From a bacterium (GTDB lineage Bacteria; UBA10199; 2-02-FULL-44-16; JAAZCA01): 32,000 bases of DNA. This document shows, in pieces, positions 1 through 6,392 of this stretch. Where the stretch lies: contig JBAZOP010000024.1 of the NCBI GenBank assembly GCA_041648665.1, positions 1 to 32,000 on the forward strand. Reading direction: 5' to 3'. A program made the position numbers and the translations under genes. Positions within the stretch are counted from its first letter, which is position 1, and the number at the start of each line of letters is the position of its first letter. The notes under the pieces were generated by a model, which saw nothing but the letters and a program-made list of their open reading frames with translations, did no database searches and was not told the origin of the DNA.

Positions 1-108
1 GTTGCACAGGTCATTCTTCGCGCCGTCTGTTTCGTGCGTGACACCGGGACCCCACTGGCAGCCGTTGTAGGACTGATCGCTGGAGTCGGTGAGCTTGTAG
101 CAGATCAT
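1..108 (-). CDS. Hypothetical protein, N-terminal fragment (runs off the left edge)
   Basis: Minus-strand ATG at 108..106 overlaps the upstream stop (ATGA, 108..105) and is preceded by AAGGAGG (complement of 113-119). It reads MICYKLTDSSDQSYNGCQWGPGVTHETDGAKNDLCN with no stop up to the window edge. Not in the ORF track because it is truncated. Confidence 0.55.
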   Translation of the reverse strand, partial: MICYKLTDSSDQSYNGCQWGPGVTHETDGAKNDLCN

Positions 109-1589
109 GTGGCCTCCTTGGCGGGCTTGTCGCACGCATCGGCCAACTTGCGAAACGAGTCGGCTGTCGCCTTCCAATCGGTGCCGTCGTCCGGCGCGTT
201 TCCGTACGTGGCGGGATCATCCGAAACAACCGTATGCGGCAGGTCGTGCCCAGCAGCAAGTATGCACGCGCGGCCCTCGATCACGGCGGGGCAGCGGGAG
301 GGCGTGGCGGGGGAGAGGGCGTCTACGGCCTGTGCTAGCGCGATCTTGGCGTCCCAATACTTCCCCGAATGGATGGGACCGCTGAACAATGCGCGCCACT
401 TCCTCGCCTTATCCACAACCGCTCGCAGCTTCGCCAGTTCTGCCTCGTACCAGGCGCGCTGCTTGTGCGCCCTGATCTCGACCGCGCTGATCAGCTCGTC
501 CAGAGTCAACACGGGCTGCGGCCCCCATGCCTCATCCACGACGGTTTGCAGACGGGTGCGGGCCTCCGCAAGCTCGGCGCGGGCAGAGTCGCGCTCACGC
601 ACTTCTTCGCGGCGCAGTGACTCGCGATTGCGAATGCCCGTCTCGATGAGAGCGAGTTTGGAATACAGCGTCATGTCGTTGGGAAGCGTCTCTGGGCTCA
701 GCTCCAGCAACGACACGGCGATGCCATCGAGGAGGGCGTGGACGTCACAAAGCACCTTGTCGATCACCGCCGCTTGACGCTTCGCCTCTTCGAGCTTCAC
801 CGACACATCACCAGTTTGTTTTATTGCGCGTTCGCGGTCTTCCCGGGCCCCCGCAAGAGCCTTCTCCAACTCGCACTTGTACTCGATGTCACGGCGCACC
901 TGAGCCTGCGCGGCTTCCAGCGCGTCCAGGTGCATGAAGTCCTGCATGCGGACGATGGGGCATGCCTCGCGCGCCTCCGAAAGCTGGGATTCGAGGGTCG
1001 CGCACCGCTTCTCCGCAGCCTCGGCGCGGGCGGTGGCGGCTGCAAGAGCGCGCTCCAGTTCCGTCCTCTTTGCCGCGTAGTCTGCCGCTTGCTCGTCCGC
1101 TCCCGGCTGCGAAGGGGAGGGGTGGGTGAATACCGGGACGCAAACGGATCCTTTCGGCTCCGCGTCGATCGCTTGCCAATGCTTCGACACGCCTTTCCTG
1201 GCGCGACAGTCCGCCAAGTAGTCTATTGCATATTGCGACATGTACCCCACCGCCTCCCCGCTCGGCTGCGGGGCGGGGTGCAGGGGCTGGTAGTTGGGGT
1301 GGTGGTCGGCCGGCGGGGCGGATGTCGCCATCTTGTTGGGCTTGATCCTGCCCAGCGACGCCTGTTCAAGTTCGTCGATGCGGGCGTGCAGTTTCGCCAC
1401 CTCGGGCGGCGCTAGCAACTCGGAAAGGATCGTGCGCCATCCGATCATGATCGGGTGCTGCTCGCCAATCTTGCGCAGCAGTGCCGCGAAGTCGTCGGTA
1501 GTCATTCGGCGAACGGGCGACCCGCGTTTGTCGAGCATGTACGGATTCAGTTCGCGTTCATCGGTGATGCTGGGAAGGTCGTTCATCAT
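105..1589 (-). CDS. Large coiled-coil protein of unknown function (about 494 aa)
   Basis: Long minus ORF with balanced, E/A/R/L-rich helical sequence (for example ELERALAAATARAEAAEKRCATLESQLSEAREA). AAGGAGG (complement of 1596-1602) precedes four tandem ATGs at 1595-1584, so the start is taken at 1589, not the track start at 1643. No family recognised. Confidence 0.8.
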   Translation of the reverse strand: MMNDLPSITDERELNPYMLDKRGSPVRRMTTDDFAALLRKIGEQHPIMIGWRTILSELLAPPEVAKLHARIDELEQASLGRIKPNKMATSAPPADHHPNYQPLHPAPQPSGEAVGYMSQYAIDYLADCRARKGVSKHWQAIDAEPKGSVCVPVFTHPSPSQPGADEQAADYAAKRTELERALAAATARAEAAEKRCATLESQLSEAREACPIVRMQDFMHLDALEAAQAQVRRDIEYKCELEKALAGAREDRERAIKQTGDVSVKLEEAKRQAAVIDKVLCDVHALLDGIAVSLLELSPETLPNDMTLYSKLALIETGIRNRESLRREEVRERDSARAELAEARTRLQTVVDEAWGPQPVLTLDELISAVEIRAHKQRAWYEAELAKLRAVVDKARKWRALFSGPIHSGKYWDAKIALAQAVDALSPATPSRCPAVIEGRACILAAGHDLPHTVVSDDPATYGNAPDDGTDWKATADSFRKLADACDKPAKEAT

Positions 1590-1649
1590 CATCATCCTCC
1601 TTCGGTGCCCGGCTGGCCTGCTACGATGTACCAGCCGGGCCACGGATCA

Positions 1650-1892
1650 TCAGACGGTTCCCCAGTCCTCCGCCAGCACATCGGTCTGCGAGGCAAGCCA
1701 CGGCACGAGCATCCCCTGCGCGTCCTTCATCACGATGCACGGTCGCGCAATCATGCCGCTCGTCTCCGGGTGCGGAAGGCTCGGCGCAAAGCAGATGACG
1801 AGCCACATCCCCCTGCCGTTCCAGCCATCGCGCGCCACCTTCGCGCCCTCCTTCAACTGCATCAACGCCCATCCAAAATCACAAGGTCCCAT
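1650..1892 (-). CDS. DUF2829 family protein (Thoeris anti-defence Tad2-like), 80 aa
   Basis: MGPCDFGWALMQLKEGAKVARDGWNGRGMWL...PCIVMKDAQGMLVPWLASQTDVLAEDW matches the DUF2829 signature as I remember it (FG.A...lk.GkkvaR.GWng...; PWl.sq.DlLAeDW). The internal ATG at 1892 is preceded by GAAAGGAAA; the 31-aa upstream extension in the track looks non-coding. Confidence 0.75.
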   Translation of the reverse strand: MGPCDFGWALMQLKEGAKVARDGWNGRGMWLVICFAPSLPHPETSGMIARPCIVMKDAQGMLVPWLASQTDVLAEDWGTV

Positions 1893-2095
1893 ATCGATTT
1901 CCTTTCTCGCTATCAGCGGTGCCCAGTCGTGGGTCCGGGACACGTCGCGCCCACGCTCGGCATGGGCACGGGGCAGGCGGGGCACAAGACGCTCGTGCCC
2001 CTTGTGGTTTCACTGACGCGCACCTCCGGGTAGCTGAGAGGCAACGGCTACACCGCAGAGGGGGAGGAACGGCGTAGCGGCGTTGGGATGCATGG

Positions 2096-2506
2096 TCAGC
2101 CTTCCTCGCCGGGCTCGCGGGCGGCCGGCTCGGGTTCGGGCGGAAGTTCATCCTCCACCACAACCCCGTCGCTATCGTGTTTGACGGCGTCCGGGCTGCC
2201 CTTGATGCGGATGCAGTCCACCATCTTGCCTCCCATGCGATCGCGGGTAGGGAACATCGTGATCCGCTTGCCGGTCCAGTTGTCCGTTTCGGGTCCGAGC
2301 AGTTCCGCGATCGCCATCGCATTGGTCTTGTTCATCACCAGCATCTTCTTGGCGTCCGAGAACGTGATCACCGGCTTGGTTTCGTGCTTGCCGCCGCGCA
2401 TCTGCAGCTCGTCCATCGCGACGCTGGCGATCGTATTGGTGACGGACTTTCCGCCGAAGTCTGCGGCCTTTAAATAGCGGCTTGGGAACATCAGTTCTAC
2501 GCGCAT
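2096..2506 (-). CDS. Conserved phage protein of unknown function (136 aa)
   Basis: ATG at 2506 is preceded by GGAGG. The sequence (RYLKAADFGGKSVTNTIASV...KPVITF...LVMNKTNAMAIAELLGPETDNWTGKRITMFP...GGKMVDCIRIK) resembles a widespread uncharacterised phage family I recall only loosely. The C-terminal tail is acidic and Pro-rich. Confidence 0.75.
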   Translation of the reverse strand: MRVELMFPSRYLKAADFGGKSVTNTIASVAMDELQMRGGKHETKPVITFSDAKKMLVMNKTNAMAIAELLGPETDNWTGKRITMFPTRDRMGGKMVDCIRIKGSPDAVKHDSDGVVVEDELPPEPEPAAREPGEEG

Positions 2507-2976
2507 GTGTGCCTCCTATATCGGTTTCCGCGAATCGCCCCAGCGGGTATCGAGAGCGTGTCTTCTACGCTCCACCCAAGGGCATTGAGCCGGCGCTGAG
2601 CCGTGTTGTAGGACAGTCCAAGGATCTCGCACGCCTCGCGCAGGCACACGATCCTTCCGCCCATGTCGATGTGCATGGTGTTTCGCTTGTTTCGCGCCTG
2701 CTCAAGCGATGTGGCCCACCTGCAGTTACCGGGCTCGTAGTTCCCGTCGTTGTCGATGCGATCGATTGAGTGCAGCGGGGATGGTTTCCTTCCCATGTCG
2801 GCAAGGAAGTTCTCGTAGCTGCGCCACCTGTCGCACACTCCGATCCCTCTTGCCCCATAGCACTTGTGCTTTGGGAAGTTCGGGTTTGTGCATCTGGACA
2901 GCATGACCGCCCACGTCCTGTATTCTGGGGTGGTTCTGCCGCCCACGGTGTCCCTGTGGGTGAAATGGCCTCTCAC
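2497..2976 (-). CDS. HNH/homing-endonuclease-like DNA-binding protein (159 aa)
   Basis: Motif string EYRTWAVMLSRC...YGARGIGVCDRW..FENFLADMGRKP...SIDRIDNDGNYEPGNCRWAT..EQARNKR is typical of phage proteins usually annotated as HNH endonuclease. The GTG start overlaps the upstream stop (GTGA at 2976..2973). Confidence 0.7.
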   Translation of the reverse strand: MRGHFTHRDTVGGRTTPEYRTWAVMLSRCTNPNFPKHKCYGARGIGVCDRWRSYENFLADMGRKPSPLHSIDRIDNDGNYEPGNCRWATSLEQARNKRNTMHIDMGGRIVCLREACEILGLSYNTAQRRLNALGWSVEDTLSIPAGAIRGNRYRRHTCA

Positions 2977-3932
2977 AGTGCCACCCCCCTTCCGCCGATT
3001 ATCAGCGAAACTTCATCCGTGGACCCGTCTTCCTTCACGGCCCACGCTGGCAGCTCCATTTGAAGTTCACTCGGCGCAACCCCGGGCCAGCAGCCCGACG
3101 CGCGACACTCGACAACGCGCGCCAGCCAACCGCGGTACAGGTCACGCCCCGCCGAGAGCACCTCGGTTGTCGCGGTGTACACGGCCACGTCGTAGGGCGC
3201 GGACTGCTCGACGTAGATCCAGCAGAACCCGTGCGGGCCGTGGCCCATCGCCTCCAGCCCGTCGCAGTAGAAGGCCGCCTGCGCGTGGTACGCAAGCGCG
3301 ACCAGGCCGCGTTGGACGGCCCGGGGCGAGATGTCGCGGGTGGTCTTGAGGTCCACCACATCCGCGGACGGCGCGATCCAGTCCGCGCGGCCCTTGCACA
3401 GAAGGCCGGTATCCCGATCCGTCCAGCGCAGGGTTTGCTCGGCCTTGCCCGACCGCAGGTAGCGGGACGCAACGGGATGGGCCTGGACCGCGGCGGCAAC
3501 GGCTTCGGCGGCTTCCCAGTCTTCGGGGGCGCGGATCAGTTCCTTGCCGACGTTGGCTGCGAGGAACGCTTCCCATTCCTTGCCCGCCCGCCGGCCACCG
3601 TCCCACACAACCCAGTGCGCGTCGATCGTGTCGGGCTCGAACACCATGGCGTGCATCAGCCTGCCTAGACGCATGCTGTCCGTATCGGGGCGGGGGCAGG
3701 ACAGGGCGTGCTGGTAGTGCCTGGGGCTGACGGCCATGGACTTGAGCGTCGAGATGTTGACGGCGTCGACCGAGTCGTACTCGGCACGGGTCAAGTCTTC
3801 GATCGCCGCAAGCACCCTGGACCTTGCGGGCTCGGCCACAAGCGCGGCCACGGCGCCCCGGTCCCGCACCGGATCGTCGGTGATGATGCCCGCTTCGGTG
3901 CAGGCGGCAACGGCGGCCTCACGCGGCGTCAT
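2973..3932 (-). CDS. PD-(D/E)XK exonuclease, RecE / exodeoxyribonuclease VIII-like domain (319 aa)
   Basis: Motifs GRADWI...VVDLKTTRD (D...D-x-K) and YHAQAAFYCDG (QxxxY) are present. The ATG at 3932 is preceded by GAGGAGGG and overlaps the upstream stop (ATGA). The 514-aa track ORF is an out-of-frame read-through extension. Confidence 0.8.
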   Translation of the reverse strand: MTPREAAVAACTEAGIITDDPVRDRGAVAALVAEPARSRVLAAIEDLTRAEYDSVDAVNISTLKSMAVSPRHYQHALSCPRPDTDSMRLGRLMHAMVFEPDTIDAHWVVWDGGRRAGKEWEAFLAANVGKELIRAPEDWEAAEAVAAAVQAHPVASRYLRSGKAEQTLRWTDRDTGLLCKGRADWIAPSADVVDLKTTRDISPRAVQRGLVALAYHAQAAFYCDGLEAMGHGPHGFCWIYVEQSAPYDVAVYTATTEVLSAGRDLYRGWLARVVECRASGCWPGVAPSELQMELPAWAVKEDGSTDEVSLIIGGRGVAL

Positions 3933-4576
3933 GGTGCCCTCCTCTTCGCAATTGCATCCTCGATGGCCTTCAGCGGAACGTGCTGAAGCACCAGTTCCGC
4001 GCAGCGCGCGAGCGCTTCGGCTCGCGCTGCGCTCCGCTGCGGAGAGCCGCGGGCGGCGGCGTAGGCGGCGTAGGCGGCGGCGCTGGCAGCGTTGGCGGCG
4101 GCGGCGGCGGCGTAGGCGGCGTAGGCGGCGGCGCTGGCAGCGTTGGCGGCGGCGTCGGCGGCGCTGGCGGCGTAGTAGGCGGCGCTGGCGGCGGCGCTGG
4201 CGGCGGCGTCGGCGGCGCTGGCGGCGTAGTAGGCGGCGGCGTTGGCGGCGGCGGCGGCCTTCCGCACATCTTCCGGCGCTACGCCGGCATCGCCGCGGCA
4301 CCATGCCTCCGCGGTTTCGATCGCCTTCAGGGGCCGCGTCTCGCCGGCCTTGACGTATTGGAGCGCGGTTCGCGCGCATTGGCACGCAGCGAACACAAGC
4401 ACCTTGCGATCGACACCCAGCCGACCCGCCAGCCACAAGATCCATTCGGCGCGCTTGCAGCCGTGGTAGGCGCAGCGCAGCGACTTGCGCCCCACCCATT
4501 CGCGGGCTTCGTGGCACGCGTGAACATCAATCAGCAGCGATCGAAACGATTGACCTTTGGTTACCTTGATTTTCAT
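3929..4576 (-). CDS. Alanine-repeat protein of unknown function (215 aa)
   Basis: Translationally coupled at both ends (ATGA at 4576..4573 and 3932..3929). It has a Cys/Trp-containing N-terminal domain (HACHEAREWVGRKS...RAEWILWLAG...ETRPLKAIETAEAWCRGD). A run follows of the type AAYYAASAADAAASAAASAAYYAASAADAAANAASAAAYAAYAAAAAANAASAAAYAAYAAA. Confidence 0.75.
   Translation of the reverse strand: MKIKVTKGQSFRSLLIDVHACHEAREWVGRKSLRCAYHGCKRAEWILWLAGRLGVDRKVLVFAACQCARTALQYVKAGETRPLKAIETAEAWCRGDAGVAPEDVRKAAAAANAAAYYAASAADAAASAAASAAYYAASAADAAANAASAAAYAAYAAAAAANAASAAAYAAYAAARGSPQRSAARAEALARCAELVLQHVPLKAIEDAIAKRRAP
4061..4250. repeat. Two tandem duplications inside the Ala-repeat gene (51-nt unit x2, then 54-nt unit x2)
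   Basis: Units starting at 4061 and 4112 are identical over their first 43 nt (gtaggcggcgtaggcggcggcgctggcagcgttggcggcggcg). Units starting at 4154 and 4208 are identical over their first 31 nt. All units are multiples of 3 and in frame. Confidence 0.9.
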
Positions 4577-4788
4577 TCCGCAGCCTCGCATTCAGGCATC
4601 GGCCCGTCGTATTCAGGCTCAGGCGCAGGCTCGCGGTCCTCATCCTCGGCCGGGTCGTCCACCCAGCCGCAGTCCTCCATGTGGCCGCGGACGGGCCGGA
4701 GCGTGCAGATGCACGGGTGGCTGACGTTGTCCGCGTCGCGGTACGTACCGGAGCCTTCACACATGTAGCAGTCCCGGTTGTCTTTCAC
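4573..4788 (-). CDS. Small Cys-rich zinc-finger-like protein with an acidic tail (71 aa)
   Basis: CYMCEGSG (DnaJ-type CxxCxGxG-like) plus HPCIC. The GTG start overlaps the upstream stop (GTGA at 4788..4785) and the stop overlaps the next start. Confidence 0.7.
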   Translation of the reverse strand: MKDNRDCYMCEGSGTYRDADNVSHPCICTLRPVRGHMEDCGWVDDPAEDEDREPAPEPEYDGPMPECEAAE

Positions 4789-4967
4789 GGCTCCACCTCC
4801 TGCGTGTGTTCATCGACCACGCGCGGCTGCAGCATGTCGAGCAGCTCGGTGAGGCGCTTCGCGACCTCCCACGCCGCGCTGCCACCAGTGCCCTGGCCGT
4901 GCGCAATCTCCAGGTCATCACGGGCGGCACGTACGGCACGCTCTACCTGCTCCCAGGGGCGGGTCAT
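4785..4967 (-). CDS. Hypothetical protein (60 aa)
   Basis: The internal ATG at 4967 overlaps the stop of the 45-aa ORF (ATGA at 4967..4964). It reads MTRPWEQVERAVRAARDDLEIAHGQG... The upstream part of the 122-aa track ORF is Pro/Arg-rich and implausible. Confidence 0.6.
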   Translation of the reverse strand: MTRPWEQVERAVRAARDDLEIAHGQGTGGSAAWEVAKRLTELLDMLQPRVVDEHTQEVEP

Positions 4968-5101
4968 GATGCCACCAACCCGATCCGGTGCTGCCGAGCG
5001 CTCTCCCGGGTGATCTGCTGCTGGAGCTGCTGCAGGGTGCGGCGGCTGTCGTGTGCCGCTAGGATGCGGATTGCGGCGGGCGTGAGGCGGTAGCGCTGCA
5101 T
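4964..5101 (-). CDS. First gene of the leftward operon, 45-aa basic protein (possible small regulator)
   Basis: Below the ORF-track size cutoff. ATG at 5101..5099 is preceded by AAGGAGG (complement of 5108-5114). Third codon positions are G/C-rich. It reads MQRYRLTPAAIRILAAHDSRRTLQQLQQQITRESARQHRIGLVAS, and its stop overlaps the next start. Confidence 0.55.
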   Translation of the reverse strand: MQRYRLTPAAIRILAAHDSRRTLQQLQQQITRESARQHRIGLVAS

Positions 5102-5222
5102 GGGATCCTCCTTGTGATGATCCCCTTGTAACCCGCGTGACCCGCGGGGTCAAGCAAAAAAAAGTTACCGCATTGACTTTTTTTGGTTGCGCTCACGGGT
5201 AGCAGGGGATACGGTCAGGGGC
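5102..5222. promoter_or_regulatory. Divergent early control region (candidate back-to-back promoters and operators)
   Basis: The only AT-rich stretch in the window. Leftward candidate: -35 TTGACC (complement of 5148-5153), 17-bp spacer, -10 TACAAG (complement of 5125-5130), with inverted repeat CCCGCG-N5-CGCGGG (5132-5148) in the spacer. A 9-bp A/T inverted repeat A7GT-N10-ACT7 lies at 5157-5184. Rightward candidate: TTGCGC (5187) - 17 bp - TACGGT (5210), placing the transcription start next to the ATG at 5223. Confidence 0.45.
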
Positions 5223-5492
5223 ATGGTAACCTCGTCGCGCGGTCGGGCGCTCCTGACCGCCTACCTGCAGGAGCATCGTCTCAGAAAAGTCGCCGTTGCG
5301 CGGGCCATCGGCACGAGTCACGTGGCTGTCCTCTACTATCTGACTGGCGCGAAGCGCCCAGATGCGTCCCGACGCGCGGCCATTGAGCGGTGGACCGGCG
5401 GCGCGGTCCCCGCTGAGTCGTGGCTCACCGAGGAGGAGCAAGCCGCACTCGCGGCCGTCCAACCCCGAGAAAAAACGGGGACAGACGCATGA
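5223..5492 (+). CDS. Cro/YdaS-like helix-turn-helix regulator (89 aa)
   Basis: LRKVAVARAIGTSHVAVLYYLTGAKRP...IERWTGGAV is a typical Cro/YdaS-type HTH. It is the first gene of the rightward operon. The ATG at 5223 has no convincing SD, so it may be leaderless. The track start at 5187 is TTG. Confidence 0.7.
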   Translation: MVTSSRGRALLTAYLQEHRLRKVAVARAIGTSHVAVLYYLTGAKRPDASRRAAIERWTGGAVPAESWLTEEEQAALAAVQPREKTGTDA

Positions 5493-5803
5493 AGCCCGGG
5501 CTGCGAATGCCACACCTCCGCCACTGCCCCGCGTGTGACCGCTGGCGCCGCCTGTCGGCCTACGACGGCTCCCAGCGAACCTGCAGGGAGTGCCGTCGCT
5601 CCCAGATCATGCGTGCCACCGTAGCGCGCGAGGCCCTGTCCCTGGCCCGTCGCAGCGGCAAGCCCTGCCCAGCGTGTTGCGGCCTGTCCTGGCGCGTGAA
5701 GGGCCCGCGGTGCAGGGCGTGTGGCCTGCTGTACGCCGAAGAGGCGCCGCAGATGGTGGAGTTCCGACACGACTCGGCCTTGGCGGCGGCGGTGGAGGAA
5801 TAG
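5489..5803 (+). CDS. Zinc-ribbon protein with four CxxC pairs (104 aa)
   Basis: The ATG at 5489 overlaps the upstream stop (ATGA). Four pairs are present: CPAC, CREC, CPACC and CRAC. Confidence 0.7.
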   Translation: MKPGLRMPHLRHCPACDRWRRLSAYDGSQRTCRECRRSQIMRATVAREALSLARRSGKPCPACCGLSWRVKGPRCRACGLLYAEEAPQMVEFRHDSALAAAVEE

Positions 5804-6000
5804 TGAGCGACCTCCCCGGCCCCCTGGACCCTCACCGCGGCGGGTGCGCGGACGGTTGGACGTCGTGCAGCAACTGCCCGGTCATCCTGTGCGAGTACAA
5901 CACGCAGGGCGAGAACTACCGCAAGGGGCGGCGGAAGATGAAGCAGATCGAGCTTCCCATATCCGAATCTGGACAGGAGTCTCAACGTGACGGAGACTGA
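5803..6000 (+). CDS. Hypothetical small Cys-containing protein (65 aa)
   Basis: The GTG at 5803 overlaps the upstream TAG by 1 nt. Third codon positions are G/C-rich. It reads VSDLPGPLDPHRGGCADGWTSCSNCPVILCEYN... and overlaps the next gene by 14 nt. The start is uncertain. Confidence 0.45.
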   Translation: MSDLPGPLDPHRGGCADGWTSCSNCPVILCEYNTQGENYRKGRRKMKQIELPISESGQESQRDGD

Positions 6001-6322
6001 GATAAGCCGCACCGTGCTCGACGTGCTCAGGCTCGCGTTCCCCCCACCCGGTGCGTGGTGGCACCGGAACAACACGGGCAAGGTGAAGCGCAAGGGCGGC
6101 TGTTTCGTCGTGTACGGCCTTGGAAACGGAGGGCCGGACATCGTCGGCTGTGTCGATGGCCGATGGGTAGCCGTTGAGGTGAAGGTCCCCGGCAAGTGGC
6201 AGGAGCCTGACCAGCAGGCGTGGCAGGTGCAGCACGAACTATCCGGCGGCGTATACGTGCTGGCACACGACGCGAGGGAAGCGATTGATGGAGTCAAGCG
6301 AGGGCTGGAGGTGGCGGCGTGA
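5987..6322 (+). CDS. VRR-NUC domain nuclease (111 aa)
   Basis: GGPDIVGCVDGRWVAVEVKVPGKWQEPDQQAWQVQHELSGGVYVLAHDAREAI matches the VRR-NUC PD-(D/E)XK core (G.PD...iEvK...Q..w...GG). The GTG at 5987 is preceded by AGGAG. Confidence 0.8.
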   Translation: MTETEISRTVLDVLRLAFPPPGAWWHRNNTGKVKRKGGCFVVYGLGNGGPDIVGCVDGRWVAVEVKVPGKWQEPDQQAWQVQHELSGGVYVLAHDAREAIDGVKRGLEVAA

Positions 6323-6392
6323 GCGCGACTCATGCACCCGAGCGCGGGTTAGGATGCATGCGCCGCAACCATGCGGAGAAAGCAGTAGCAGA

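Noticed and set aside
1650-1985. 111-aa version of the DUF2829 ORF starting at 1985
   Set aside because: The extra 31 aa (MPRLPRAHAERGRDVSRTHDW...) are Arg-rich and overlap the hairpin region. The family-typical N-terminus starts at the ATG at 1892, which has its own SD.
1879-2322. 147-aa minus-strand ORF overlapping the 136-aa gene
   Set aside because: It is out of frame with a better-supported gene, has Arg/Ser/Pro-rich composition and has no SD.
2973-4517. A 514-aa ORF with a poly-Arg/Gln N-terminus (RRRRQRRRQRRLLRR...) fused to the exonuclease
   Set aside because: The N-terminal 195 aa are an out-of-frame reading of the (GCN)n Ala-repeat gene. The exonuclease has its own strong SD (GAGGAGGG) and an ATGA-coupled ATG at 3932.
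3970-4768. Gly/Val-rich (3980..4768 +) and Pro/Thr-rich (3970..4269 -) ORFs across the repeat
   Set aside because: These are frame shadows of the same GCN-rich repeat. They have no RBS and no coupling, and the sequence outside the repeat is not protein-like.
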